A stretch of DNA of 64,000 nt from the IMG/VR virus record IMGVR_UViG_3300044557_000292, positions 259,388 through 323,387 of that record. One strand, given 5' to 3'. Position numbers and translations under genes: made by a program. Of the stretch, positions 39,332 through 49,645 are shown piece after piece. Below the pieces are notes generated by a model. The model was not told where the DNA came from. It saw only the letters and a program-made list of their open reading frames with translations, and searched no databases. The DNA is from a virus (Duplodnaviria; Heunggongvirae; Uroviricota; Caudoviricetes). Position 1 is the first letter of the stretch. Every line of letters starts with the position of its first letter.

Positions 39332-42070
39332 TCATCGCGCATCATCAAAATCATCAAAACTGAACCCGTGACCCATGTGGGGACGATCATCATGAGCCCT
39401 CCTGACTGGGTCCTTAGGCGTCATTGGTGATTGACTGCTCCTGCGTGATCTGAATTCGGTCGGCCGTCGATTGACGGTAGAAGATTCATTCTGAGGTTGA
39501 TTATCTGACTCATCTGGTTCGTCGAACGGTAATGGCAGAGAGTTACCATCTTGATTAGATCGTGTTGACGTGGATTCGTTACGGCTCGAATCTTGAAGAC
39601 TCCTCCGTCTAGAACTTCTAGTTATCGGATGTTCATTCACGCCCGTGCTCATGCCGTTGAGCGTTGGTCTCATTGGCCTTGATTCCATTGATCTGTTTGA
39701 TACAGACTTTTTAGAATCATTACCGGGAGACTCTCGAGGATTCCTAATATCCCTATTGGTTACGAAGGTCTCATGATCTCCACGCGTGGAATCGTCGATC
39801 CGTGACGGTTGGCCGTTACCTGGAACCTGTCCGGGGGCGGTGTTCACCGTACTCCCAGAAGTCTTGCTAATGGCCATAAGGTCACGAGCTAGTCCTCGAC
39901 TCAACCGGATGGACAGTGGTTCATCTATGTTAATTGGATCTGACTTAGGATCAAAGTATTCGGTGAGAACACATTCTGGCGGAATCATTCTCGTCTTATG
40001 GGCTACGGCACCAACCGTTCCCTTATCAATTGGATCAGAAGACGCCTTCTTAATGATGATTGCCTCAGACTTATACTTGTTCTGAGCGTTAGGCATGGAT
40101 AGTTTCGCAAACTCAGACGGGTTCACGATCCAATCATCGTCTTGACTTGTGTTCACTTGAAGATCACGATTATTATTCCAGTTGAATGCTCCAAGGCTAG
40201 TCTCATTCCTACGATTCACAATGTACTTGTTCACGATATGAGTTCCAATAATCTTAGAAGCGAGTAGACCAGTATCGTAATTTGATCCAGCGTGGAATAT
40301 GAAGTTAGAGCAGGTATCAAGCAGTGACTTCACGTACGCATCCGATCCCGTTTCTGACGACACTTGATCTAGCGACTGGAAAGCTAGGGTGAGTCCCACG
40401 TCCGCTGATCTCGCCTTCTGGAGCATAGACTTCACGCACTCTGGAGGTAGTGACTGGAACTCATCAATATACACTCCGATAGGATTGTCCTGACCAAGAT
40501 TCTTCCTCGTCTCAGTCATGTTCGCAAGATCACCGCAGATCATAGATCCTATGAGAGAGCCAAGATCATTCTTCTGGGCAGCATCAAGCGAGAATAGGAC
40601 AACATTCCCCGATTCTGATGACAAGTCTGAAATATTGATGATCTTACCAGACCCAGCACCCTCACCACCCTTCATCCATTTGCCATACGAGCTAACCATA
40701 AGACCAGTCATTTTGGACAGGTACTCTCCCTGCGAGTGCTGGGCAGCCTGAACGTCAGGGGACCTCCTACTGGACGACAGGAGGTCATTAAGCTCTGACG
40801 CTTGCTGGCGGATATACGCGGCCTCTGGTATCTGGTTCATAGCCACAACCACAGCGTTGAATATGCTCTTATCAAGCATCTGAGTGAACGTCCACATCTT
40901 CCCCTGACTGCTGTCAAGAGCTGGAACCTTGTCGAGAACTCCATATTCCTTTGCTGCGTCCATTACTGCGAACACTTTTGATAGGAATGACTGCGCCTGG
41001 TCACGGTACACTGATGCAGCAGTATCCCACTCCCGAGTGTTCAGCATCATGTCCACATCCTTTGACGTGGATCCAGATGATAACGGGTCATATGATGACG
41101 GTCCCTCAGGGTTGCCCTGTATCCTGTATGGAAGGTCGGCTGAGAAGTGATAGAAGTTGCACCCGGACTCACGAGATCTCCTTGACAAGAACTCGGCCAC
41201 CTCGGGATCCTTCTTACAGTCAATCACGAAGATGGTCTTATGATTATCAATATCCCTCGTCATCATTGATTTCAGAGTTACCGTCTTACCGGATCCAGCA
41301 GCACCGGTCACCATCGTATGCTTAGGAGCTTCGTCCTCAGCCCTGCAGACAAGAACCTCATTCTTAATCTTCATCGGATCCTCAGGCGGGTTCAACGGTT
41401 CTTCCTCGACACCAAGGGGGATGAGATCTTTACGATGATACGGGTGGAGCTTGTCCTGCCTTATCTTACTGATCATGATCCTCTTCATAATGATCTCAAC
41501 CGGACTCATCCTGAATCTGAAGTGATACATCCACTTCGGGGATAGACCCTCATTCAAGACTAGATGAGGGCTATTCCTCATGCGAGCGCACTGCATGATC
41601 ACAAATATAAAAGCAAGCCATGGGCCAATGATCAAGCATAATGGCGTGAGTGATGACATAATCCCCGATGGCAGGGTTGATAGGCTTGCCATGATAGCAT
41701 TCTTATCCGTGAACTTAAGACCACGGATAAGATCTATGGCTGGTTTGAATCCTCCCTTATCATTGAACCACGCTATTCCAATGATGGATAGGATAGCGTT
41801 CAGGGTCGCTATGAACGTCGGCCTGAACCTCATGAGTCTGAAGAAGACCATGTACACGACCAGCGCGACGATCAGGGCTGGAAGAGCAATGAATGCTAGA
41901 ACTATTATTATAATGAAGCCAATGGTCTTCACTATGGCATCATCGGTCTGGGCGGACCCGGTTCCGTCAGACCAACCATGGTTATGTGCCCCCCAGTCAC
42001 CCGAGTTGTACTGTCCGTCGAACCCCGAGCCCTTATTATAACGGTTTATGTAATCCTCATCGCCTAGCAT
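39332..42070 (-). CDS. VirD4/TraG-like type IV coupling protein
   Basis: N-terminal TMs, VTGAAGSGKT, IDCKKD, YIDEFQ, ARSADVGLTLAFQSLDQ; leaderless ATG. Confidence 0.88.
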   Translation of the reverse strand: MLGDEDYINRYNKGSGFDGQYNSGDWGAHNHGWSDGTGSAQTDDAIVKTIGFIIIIVLAFIALPALIVALVVYMVFFRLMRFRPTFIATLNAILSIIGIAWFNDKGGFKPAIDLIRGLKFTDKNAIMASLSTLPSGIMSSLTPLCLIIGPWLAFIFVIMQCARMRNSPHLVLNEGLSPKWMYHFRFRMSPVEIIMKRIMISKIRQDKLHPYHRKDLIPLGVEEEPLNPPEDPMKIKNEVLVCRAEDEAPKHTMVTGAAGSGKTVTLKSMMTRDIDNHKTIFVIDCKKDPEVAEFLSRRSRESGCNFYHFSADLPYRIQGNPEGPSSYDPLSSGSTSKDVDMMLNTREWDTAASVYRDQAQSFLSKVFAVMDAAKEYGVLDKVPALDSSQGKMWTFTQMLDKSIFNAVVVAMNQIPEAAYIRQQASELNDLLSSSRRSPDVQAAQHSQGEYLSKMTGLMVSSYGKWMKGGEGAGSGKIINISDLSSESGNVVLFSLDAAQKNDLGSLIGSMICGDLANMTETRKNLGQDNPIGVYIDEFQSLPPECVKSMLQKARSADVGLTLAFQSLDQVSSETGSDAYVKSLLDTCSNFIFHAGSNYDTGLLASKIIGTHIVNKYIVNRRNETSLGAFNWNNNRDLQVNTSQDDDWIVNPSEFAKLSMPNAQNKYKSEAIIIKKASSDPIDKGTVGAVAHKTRMIPPECVLTEYFDPKSDPINIDEPLSIRLSRGLARDLMAISKTSGSTVNTAPGQVPGNGQPSRIDDSTRGDHETFVTNRDIRNPRESPGNDSKKSVSNRSMESRPMRPTLNGMSTGVNEHPITRSSRRRSLQDSSRNESTSTRSNQDGNSLPLPFDEPDESDNQPQNESSTVNRRPTEFRSRRSSQSPMTPKDPVRRAHDDRPHMGHGFSFDDFDDAR

Positions 42071-42152
42071 ACGGTGAAGATATCAATGGGATTCATAGTC
42101 GGGTTGATGGGTGGCCTGCTGATTGAACGTGGTCTTCAATCAGCGTCCGCCA

Positions 42153-43334
42153 TCAGATGCGGCGAATGTTCCTACGCCTTATAGCGTCCTCGGCCTGGTG
42201 CTTCGCGTACTCAGTGACAAAGTTCCTCAAGTGATCATCAGCAGGCCATCCAACGCGCTTCCAATTATCTGCCTCAGGTACGTACTGATAGATTGGCTGC
42301 GTCTTGATCTTCGCGGCCTCAGTATCTCCAACAATCTTCGTGACCTCTTCAATGGCAAGCACGCGATACTTGTTCTTCGGCCTACCGAGCTGTATGATAT
42401 AGTCAACAGCGTTCGCGATGTCCTGGTTGATAGACGCTGATGGCGTGGTTCCATTGCCAGGAGCTCTCTTCGCAAAGTTGAACATCTTGTCAAGAGCCAT
42501 CCTCGGGGTGTTCGCGTGGAGTGTCGTCATGGATCCATCAAACCCAGAGTTGGCCGCGGTGAGGAAGTCTGCGAATTCCGGTCCCCTCGTCTCTCCAATT
42601 ATGATCCTGTCGCAACGCATACGAGCCGTCTGGGCGACGACCCATGAGAGGCTAGCCTGATCATCAGCGCTCTTACCGGGCTGCTTGGGGTAAGCCATCA
42701 GGTACGAGGTGTTAGGAATAGTCTTGAATTGCAACTCAGGAGCGTCCTCGCACACGCAGATTCGTTCACGGGAGTCTATGAGCTTGGCTACAGCGTTGAG
42801 GAATGTGGTCTTACCAGCTCCGGTCCCCCCTGAGAATACGATGGTCTGACGCGCGGCCATGAGGGCGGATACGAACTCGGCCATCTCCTTGGAAAGACTC
42901 CCCGACTTGACGATGGAGTCAAGGGTGGCAAGTTCTATACTCTGCTTGGCAATCGTCACCTGTGGGAACTCGCAGACTGGTGGCTTCACGCAATGGAACC
43001 TGGCGCGAATCGTGGGAGACCCGTCAAGCGTCTTGATCCTAAGACCGCCCTCATAGATGCAGAACGCATCCCTATACTTAGCCCCATACCTGACCATATG
43101 GCTCTCAATGTCTTCCATACTCCTCTCGAAGTCTGACGCATCAACCCAGGCAATACGACCTGCAATGTCGGGACCAACCTGCATCCTCTTACCGTTGAAC
43201 TTAGCCCACACGTTGTCAGCATCATTGACCTCAATCTCCGAGCATCCGGGGAATGCGAGCAGACTGAATATCGTTGACCACTGCTTAGACCTCATCCCGC
43301 TGAGATCTATCTTAACTGGATCATCATGACTCAT
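42153..43334 (-). CDS. CpaF/TadA/VirB11 family secretion ATPase
   Basis: SGGTGAGKT, CEDAPEL, DRIIIGETRG, TTLHAN. Confidence 0.92.
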   Translation of the reverse strand: MSHDDPVKIDLSGMRSKQWSTIFSLLAFPGCSEIEVNDADNVWAKFNGKRMQVGPDIAGRIAWVDASDFERSMEDIESHMVRYGAKYRDAFCIYEGGLRIKTLDGSPTIRARFHCVKPPVCEFPQVTIAKQSIELATLDSIVKSGSLSKEMAEFVSALMAARQTIVFSGGTGAGKTTFLNAVAKLIDSRERICVCEDAPELQFKTIPNTSYLMAYPKQPGKSADDQASLSWVVAQTARMRCDRIIIGETRGPEFADFLTAANSGFDGSMTTLHANTPRMALDKMFNFAKRAPGNGTTPSASINQDIANAVDYIIQLGRPKNKYRVLAIEEVTKIVGDTEAAKIKTQPIYQYVPEADNWKRVGWPADDHLRNFVTEYAKHQAEDAIRRRNIRRI

Positions 43335-43431
43335 AATCTATTCACTCCTATTTGTTTCCTTGTCAAGATATGCGATATGTAATGCGTGAACCGTTTGGGA
43401 TTACCTGCTCGATTACGCTTCGTGAGAGGCG

Positions 43432-43764
43432 CTACTCATCTTTATCAGCATCCCGATGATCGTCCACGCTCACTGGAAGATCAACCACGTTCTTTATCCT
43501 AGGAGCGGCCTCGACCTTCACGACAGTCCTCTCTGGAACATGGACCTTATGCCCGTCATAGGGTGAGTACACGTCTTGTTCCTTCCTCACCCTAAGCTTG
43601 AGGGTGGCCAGCCCCCTGATCTTAACGTCTGATCCATTATTGAGGGAGTCAATAACCTCATTAGACAGTTCTGTCAGTATCTTGTCCACAAGATAAACGC
43701 TCACGCCGAGCTTCATCGCTACCTTCTTAACGAGAACTCTGCTGGCTATGAAATTCTTGCTCAT
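43432..43764 (-). CDS. HU family DNA-binding protein
   Basis: VKIRGLATL, RKEQDVYSPYDG, PER.VVK. Confidence 0.85.
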   Translation of the reverse strand: MSKNFIASRVLVKKVAMKLGVSVYLVDKILTELSNEVIDSLNNGSDVKIRGLATLKLRVRKEQDVYSPYDGHKVHVPERTVVKVEAAPRIKNVVDLPVSVDDHRDADKDE

Positions 43765-43830
43765 ATGATTATCACTCCTGAACTCATAGTTGGAATCATC
43801 GCTGTCATTTCCCCGCCATCACGTCCGTGA

Positions 43831-44370
43831 TTATAACGAGAACGGGTTAGGGGCGTCTTCATCGCTCTCCATCATATTGTCAATAGAACTTATTGGGTCA
43901 TCTTGCGAAGTACTGCCGACATCATGATCGTCATCAGAGGGGATTGGAAGGGAATTACCATAGCCTCCATATGATTGAGGCTGATCACCAGCATATTCGA
44001 ACTCGTTCAGATCTGGCACCGGCATGCTCTCAGAATCGCCCTCCCGGGCAACTGGATTCAGATCTTCACGATCGTTCACATCTGGCATTCTATCAGGAAT
44101 CGGTAGTTCATCTGGAACTGGTAGTGGAGCTGGAAGTGGTTCACCCTGATCATCATCCGTCTTGACAACATCGTCCATGCTCAAGGACTCCAGGGTGTTA
44201 GCCTTTGTAGGATCAGCCCCATCCTCGTTGATTGACGGTAGGGATAGATCAAAGTACTCCTTATTTTGCTTCCTCCCAGAGAGTATAGCGTACAGGGAGA
44301 ATGCGATCACGCCTCCCACCAACAGGAAGAAAACCCATCCCGCAATATAGACAATTGTATCTTGACTCAT
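43831..44370 (-). CDS. membrane-anchored acidic protein
   Basis: N-terminal TM, D/P-rich tail; ATGA overlap with sigma gene. Confidence 0.7.
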   Translation of the reverse strand: MSQDTIVYIAGWVFFLLVGGVIAFSLYAILSGRKQNKEYFDLSLPSINEDGADPTKANTLESLSMDDVVKTDDDQGEPLPAPLPVPDELPIPDRMPDVNDREDLNPVAREGDSESMPVPDLNEFEYAGDQPQSYGGYGNSLPIPSDDDHDVGSTSQDDPISSIDNMMESDEDAPNPFSL

Positions 44371-45452
44371 GATTCCTCCATCTTACTCATGACGATAACC
44401 TTGAATATGGGATTCCCGTTCTCATCTATGGAGTCAGGACTAACATCATTATTCAAATCAACATCTTTGAACACGTCCCATCTTCCAGATCCATGCTCAT
44501 CCGACCACTTCCTGGCGAACTCGTTGATCTTTCCATACTTGCTGGCAACGAGTAGATAGAATTCCTTCAACATTCTAGACGACTTCTTGGCCTTATAGCC
44601 GGGTGGGAGATCATAGACTCCAGTGATGAACGCTATATGATCCCATTGATCCTTCCTGACTCCAATGCTAGCGAACCACGCACTCCAGAACGCCTTCGTC
44701 GGTGTCTCAAGAATGTCATCATAATGATCATCAATGAGATCAATGCGACTAGTCTCCGAGTCAATGATCACGGGGTCAGTGATCGCGTACTTCATCGGGG
44801 TGCCCTGATCTAATGACGCCTGTTCTTTGATAAGGTCAAGGGTTATCTTCCTGTTAGCACCATTCTTTGACGAACCGTCAGCTCGACCGTACATGGTTTT
44901 AATCGTAGCGGCTCCAGATTGGATGTAATCATAGACCTCCTGATCTGAAGCCTTGCGACCAATCTTCTTCTCCACCCTCGCCCTGATGGCAGCTATCTTC
45001 CTTATCGTGGATATCTTACTAGAGCTCATACCGAACTCAGATTCTTCCTTTAGTGCTGCCCTGCGGACATTCGTGTTAATCCACTGCATCAGATAATTGA
45101 CGGCAGACCCACGCATCTTACTGAGGTCGGCATTCTTCATCATCTTCCATACAGCCTCGAATCCTACCTGCTTCAAATCTTCCTCATCTAGGATCACATG
45201 AAAGGATCTTGGCCTGCGAAGCTCCTCACGAACGACACGATTCACCATCCACGCGCAGGACGTGCAGACATCATTGTAAGCACGTTCACCGGCGGTAACG
45301 GACGATCTTAGACGGGCCTTCTCCGTCCTGTCCATATCGTTAGAGGATTCTAAAAGCTCTTTCGCCTTAAGACCCTCCCTGAATGGGGGAATCGTTCTCT
45401 CGAATAAGCTAATATCCACGTAGCTCGAAGAATCGTTCGCATTATCCTGCAT
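44367..45452 (-). CDS. divergent sigma-70 family factor
   Basis: EDLKQVGFEAVW...YLMQWINTNVRRA (region 2), KIGRKASDQEV (region 3); leaderless ATG. Confidence 0.7.
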   Translation of the reverse strand: MQDNANDSSSYVDISLFERTIPPFREGLKAKELLESSNDMDRTEKARLRSSVTAGERAYNDVCTSCAWMVNRVVREELRRPRSFHVILDEEDLKQVGFEAVWKMMKNADLSKMRGSAVNYLMQWINTNVRRAALKEESEFGMSSSKISTIRKIAAIRARVEKKIGRKASDQEVYDYIQSGAATIKTMYGRADGSSKNGANRKITLDLIKEQASLDQGTPMKYAITDPVIIDSETSRIDLIDDHYDDILETPTKAFWSAWFASIGVRKDQWDHIAFITGVYDLPPGYKAKKSSRMLKEFYLLVASKYGKINEFARKWSDEHGSGRWDVFKDVDLNNDVSPDSIDENGNPIFKVIVMSKMEES

Positions 45453-45508
45453 GAGGAAAAGATATCATGGCGTGTTGTTCTTACGAATCTTACGGTATTG
45501 GAAAACAG

Positions 45509-45540
45509 GAAAAGCGCGCCATTCGTATGGCGCGCTTTTC
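45509..45540. terminator. bidirectional terminator-like hairpin
   Basis: GAAAAGCGCGCCAT-tcgt-ATGGCGCGCTTTTC. Confidence 0.75.
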
Positions 45541-45606
45541 TACTCGTGATCTATGTTCTAGTATAGAGCCCTTATAGTGATCATGTGCGAGGACTGGTTG
45601 ATCTAA

Positions 45607-46077
45607 TTAATTCACTCCGGTAGAACCGAACCCGTTAGAGCCCCTGTCAGTCTCATCAAGGGAATCAACCCGCACGTAGTCAACTGGTAGGTATCTTTGC
45701 ACGACGATCTGCGCGATGCGGTCACCCCTCGCGATCTTGAACTCATGCTCCTGGTCAGTATTCATGAGACACACCTTCACCTCGCCACGATACCCCGAGT
45801 CGATGAGGCCAGGCGCATTCACGATCGTGATCCCATGCTTGGCCGCTAATCCAGAGCGCGGTGTGACCCACGCGAGCTGGTCGTCTTTGAGAGCAATGTG
45901 GACACCAGTACTAACGAGCACGCGCTCACCGGGCTGTATGGTTACATCCTCAGACGCCCTCAGATCCGCACCAGCGTCCCCAGGATGAGATCTTGATGGC
46001 AGTGACCCACCGTCATCAAGAGTCACTTTGATTACAGGTGCATCCAATCCGTCTAACGTTGGTTGACTCCATGCCAT
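45607..46077 (-). CDS. dut: dUTPase
   Basis: AGADL, PRSGLA, GLIDSGYRGE, RIAQ, RGSNGFGSTG. Confidence 0.95.
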   Translation of the reverse strand: MAWSQPTLDGLDAPVIKVTLDDGGSLPSRSHPGDAGADLRASEDVTIQPGERVLVSTGVHIALKDDQLAWVTPRSGLAAKHGITIVNAPGLIDSGYRGEVKVCLMNTDQEHEFKIARGDRIAQIVVQRYLPVDYVRVDSLDETDRGSNGFGSTGVN

Positions 46078-46262
46078 TATGTATTCCTTATTTATCGTAG
46101 TTTGAGTGTGCAATAAGGATTGTACCTTTCAAATGAGGAGACCCAATCAGAATTGCAGGATAAGAATTCAATGTGCTGTTCTCAGCAACCGAGCGCTTGT
46201 ACCCGTCAGATGGACGTGACGTGGTGGATGTCAACGCGGCCCTTCCACCAAGATTAACTATA

Positions 46263-46976
46263 TCATAGAATCCCTCTTAAAGGCTTCTCTATGACGTTCA
46301 TAATGCTCTTTATCTTTCCGGGAGAGTCAATGGAAAGGCCAACTTCTGCTGGCGTCTTGTAATCATTGAGGAGGAGTCCCCACTCTGACTCCCTATTCTT
46401 CCAATCGTCCTCACTAATCTCATCAGGTCTGTCAGCATTATCCCAATAATTGCGCTCATTGAAAGATTCAGACGATATGAGCGTATCATAGTAATCCCCC
46501 TCCTCAGAGAAGACAAGACCGAGAACACTGCCACCATTATCATTCTCGATGAGGGTGACATGCCAGAAAACGTTAAGACTAGGGTCAATGGACGTTGAGT
46601 TCTTATCAAGATTACTCATGATCGTCCACAGTTGCCTGAAGATAGCGCGTCGTCGAGTATTCTCGTCTTCATTCCATGCAATGGGGTCATCACCGTAACC
46701 CTCATACAATGGAACCGATACACCATGATCATTAAGATCATCTAATCTGGATCCCTCGGGCAAGCTCATGCATACGTCAACAATCTTGCGGAATTTCTCA
46801 TAGTAGACAGCATCAAGTATCCTGCGAACATCGTATCCAACCTGGAACGGGTTATCACTGCTGGCAATGAACCCGTTGAAAATCTTAGCGTTCATATCCA
46901 AGAACTCCAATCTATTGACCTGTTGATTCAATCGTATTAATCGTAGAATTTCCAATCCGTGTTCTAGAAGATTCAA
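46263..46976 (-). CDS. hypothetical protein
   Basis: 237 aa ORF. Confidence 0.7.
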   Translation of the reverse strand: MNLLEHGLEILRLIRLNQQVNRLEFLDMNAKIFNGFIASSDNPFQVGYDVRRILDAVYYEKFRKIVDVCMSLPEGSRLDDLNDHGVSVPLYEGYGDDPIAWNEDENTRRRAIFRQLWTIMSNLDKNSTSIDPSLNVFWHVTLIENDNGGSVLGLVFSEEGDYYDTLISSESFNERNYWDNADRPDEISEDDWKNRESEWGLLLNDYKTPAEVGLSIDSPGKIKSIMNVIEKPLRGIL

Positions 46977-47097
46977 CGGCCTGCAGGATACTTCTCATGC
47001 AGCATGTCTAGAATGATCCATCAGATTGATGGCTGCTAACCTTCAGCATACTTCTCTATGTTCCCTATTCATCCAATATACGATTACAAGTTTACGG

Positions 47098-47169
47098 TTG
47101 CCTGAGAAGGACTCGAACCTCCAGTATCCCCGTCCAGGGCGGGGCGCGTTGCCATTGCGCTATCAGGCA
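47098..47169 (-). tRNA. tRNA-Gln(CTG), C33
   Basis: Cloverleaf; CCCCG-CCCTGGA-CGGGG. Confidence 0.8.
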
Positions 47170-47347
47170 ATAAAATGGGCGGCTGGTTCCATGCAGCCGG
47201 CCTTACGCCGGCCCATGGGGGTACTCAATGGATATGATCCATTCGTTGACCACCAGCACCCCACGATCATGGTTATCTTCAATCGCCATGATCGTGTTTC
47301 GCAGAATCCTGCATCATGTTGAAGACCACGATGCTATCAACTGTTAG

Positions 47348-47431
47348 CGGATGATGCGGGAGTCGAACCCGCCACGGTGTTACCCGAACCTCATTAGCAG
47401 TGAGGCGCTTTAACCGCTCAGCCTACCATCC
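47348..47431 (-). tRNA. tRNA-Ser(GCT)
   Basis: Long V-arm, G73, loop CTGCTAA. Confidence 0.92.
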
Positions 47432-47684
47432 ATACGCACTTCATATCAATTGCCGGAGTAAACCAGCAGTATCATTATAACTCTTGCAGCCCGATCGTGT
47501 CAACCCCATCAGAATCATGCGAGAAACCTGCCATGACCTCAGCCTCATGAGCATCGGTCTTACCGGCAGACCCTCCCCTGCTGATGGTGAAGCAGATGGA
47601 ATCATGGCGGTCGGAATTTCCTCACCAATTCCTCCTGAGTTTTATGATTACCCAACCCAGTGATGTGGACTCATCGTTACTCTC

Positions 47685-47855
47685 CTACTTCCTGCCGGGA
47701 TGAATAGGATGATCAGTGCTCCCAATAATCGCCGTGAGACGTGGAGCAGGTGTGAAGCCATCCATGAACGCATTCAGGCGCACCCTGGAGTCCTCAAGCT
47801 CTTTCCTCGTGAGGGGACCACGGTCAATCACGTAACTCTTGTCTATGCTACTCAT
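47685..47855 (-). CDS. small hypothetical protein (56 aa)
   Basis: RBS GGAGG, MSSIDKSYVIDRGP. Confidence 0.5.
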   Translation of the reverse strand: MSSIDKSYVIDRGPLTRKELEDSRVRLNAFMDGFTPAPRLTAIIGSTDHPIHPGRK

Positions 47856-47895
47856 TTTCCCGTCCTCCATCGTTTCAATGAATAATTGCATGGAG

Positions 47896-47968
47896 TGGAA
47901 GCGACGGGGATCGAACCCGCTTCCTCCTGCGTGCAAGGCAGGTGTCCTACCATTAGGACCTCGCCCCC
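47896..47968 (-). tRNA. tRNA-Ala(TGC)
   Basis: G3-U70, loop CTTGCAC. Confidence 0.92.
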
Positions 47969-48011
47969 ATTTGTGGAATACATGGACACAGTGCTATATC
48001 CATGCATCTAG

Positions 48012-48096
48012 CGGATGATGGGGGATTCGAACCCCCGGTGGTGTTACCCACTCCTGTTTTCTAGACAGGTGCACTAAACCGCTATGCGAATCATCC
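48012..48096 (-). tRNA. tRNA-Ser(AGA)
   Basis: Long V-arm, G73, loop CTAGAAA. Confidence 0.9.
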
Positions 48097-48097
48097 G

Positions 48098-48170
48098 AGC
48101 CAGCAATCGGTTTCGAACCGATGACCTTCTCATTACAAGTGAGATGCTCTACCATCTGAGCTATGCTGGC
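48098..48170 (-). tRNA. tRNA-Thr(TGT)
   Basis: Loop CTTGTAA. Confidence 0.93.
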
Positions 48171-48190
48171 AATTTTATGAAGTGATCCTT

Positions 48191-48548
48191 GAAGGCGGCC
48201 TGTAGCCACGGTTCTGTCCACATGATGACGAATAGGATCATCATGTTGTACCATCATCCATCTACTCCCGCTACCTGTCCTTATAACGATCGAATAAATC
48301 TAGACGTTCTGCGGTTTCACCGGGACTGGCTTGCCAAGGTTCCCCTCACGAGGATTAACCCACGATTTCTTACATCGTGCTTTTCACCCTTACCTGTGAT
48401 TCCTTATGGAATCCATCGGCGGTATGGTCTCTGCGGCGCTATCACTACTCTCACGGGCGGTGGGATTACCCCACGTCCCTATTCTATGGTGCCGTGAACT
48501 TCCTCTGAAAGAACGTCGTGTTCTACCAGCGATGATCCAGCTGCCTTC
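48191..48548 (-). ncRNA. rnpB: RNase P RNA (type A-like, P18 apparently absent)
   Basis: P1 GAAGGC/GCCTTC; GAGGAAGTTCACGG pairing with ACAGAACCGTGGCTA (P4); GATAGCGCCGCAGAGA..ACCGCC; GGTAAGGGTGAAA; AGATGGATGAT (P2). Confidence 0.88.
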
Positions 48549-48598
48549 AAAATGTTACGAGCTAACCCAATAAAAATTCGAGCAATCACGTATCATCG

Positions 48599-48668
48599 TG
48601 CTCATAATCGGAATCGAACCGATAACAATATACCCATATGGGAATAAAACCACCAGGTGAGCTAATAT
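48599..48668 (-). pseudogene. tRNA remnant
   Basis: Intact T-arm ATCGG-TTCGATT-CCGAT, partial acceptor, no usable D or anticodon arm. Confidence 0.45.
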
Positions 48669-48670
48669 TT

Positions 48671-49132
48671 TTAGACTAATAATGATGACAATTCCGTTAC
48701 CATTAACTCTAGTGTATGACGCCTTTCATTCATAAGAAACGAATTATTGACCTCATTACCATGATTATCAAATGATACCGATTGGTCCCACATGACCCAA
48801 TCATCCTTGTACTTGTTAATATCATTGATAAGTTCATTAGCAAGATATCTACAAGTTCTTAAACCCTCATAATCCATAAGATCATGGGTCAACAGGCCAT
48901 CATCAATGCTCGTTGATACGGAGTAAAGAATGCCATCAAAATCAAGGAATCCTACCGAATATCCCTCCGCGTCAAGACTTACATTCAAATGAACGTCATC
49001 CTGATTAGCGGTAAGAACATCGATAAAATATTGAAGCAAGATTATAGGTACGTCATCAGTATAACTCACACTGCCTACACGCTTGTTATTAATAACAAGA
49101 TCAGCGTACCCAGAACTTGGCTTTGATAACAA
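48671..49132 (-). CDS. hypothetical protein (AT-rich insert)
   Basis: 153 aa, RBS AAGGAG, TTG start. Confidence 0.75.
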   Translation of the reverse strand: MLSKPSSGYADLVINNKRVGSVSYTDDVPIILLQYFIDVLTANQDDVHLNVSLDAEGYSVGFLDFDGILYSVSTSIDDGLLTHDLMDYEGLRTCRYLANELINDINKYKDDWVMWDQSVSFDNHGNEVNNSFLMNERRHTLELMVTELSSLLV

Positions 49133-49169
49133 AACGTTCTCCTTAACTATATCTCCCTATATCGTGAGG

Positions 49170-49240
49170 AGCGGTCGACGGGAATCGAACCCGCATCATC
49201 TCACAGGCAATGAGACGCCTTACCATTGGGCTACGACCGC
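49170..49240 (-). tRNA. tRNA-Gly(GCC)
   Basis: U73, loop TTGCCTG. Confidence 0.9.
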
Positions 49241-49496
49241 GTGAAAACCTAGCCAGTCCCCGGAGTGATCATGCATAATCAGACCAGGGGGACGGCTAGG
49301 AACTAAAATGTCGGCCATCATGGATGGGAAGATCCTCGCCTAATTGGAAATACCATAGCGATTGATGTCTTCATGACTGCTAACCGGGCGATCCCCATGA
49401 CGCAACAGAATCCTCAGGGCTAGGCGCATCCACGCCTAGTCCTACTCCCCCATTCGGGAACTGCACGAGCATCACGCCTGCAAGAAGTGACCGACG

Positions 49497-49571
49497 TGCT
49501 TCCAACAGGATTCGAACCTGTGATCTCCTCCGTGTAAAGGAGGCGCCTTAGGCCAACTAGGCTACAGAAGC
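49497..49571 (-). tRNA. tRNA-Val(TAC)
   Basis: Loop TTTACAC. Confidence 0.92.
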
Positions 49572-49576
49572 AAGAT

Positions 49577-49620
49577 GTGTACAAGCGTGTACAAATAAGA
49601 TCGTGTACAAGCGTGCATAA
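49577..49620. repeat. GTGTACAA direct repeats (3 exact + 1 variant)
   Basis: At 49577, 49587, 49603, 49613. Confidence 0.7.
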
Positions 49621-49645
49621 TCCTATCCGCGTACTGGACGCGTGA

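Noticed and set aside
264-47000. Many plus-strand and alternate-frame ORFs in the track
   Set aside because: Antisense shadows of well-supported minus-strand genes, with no RBS or motifs
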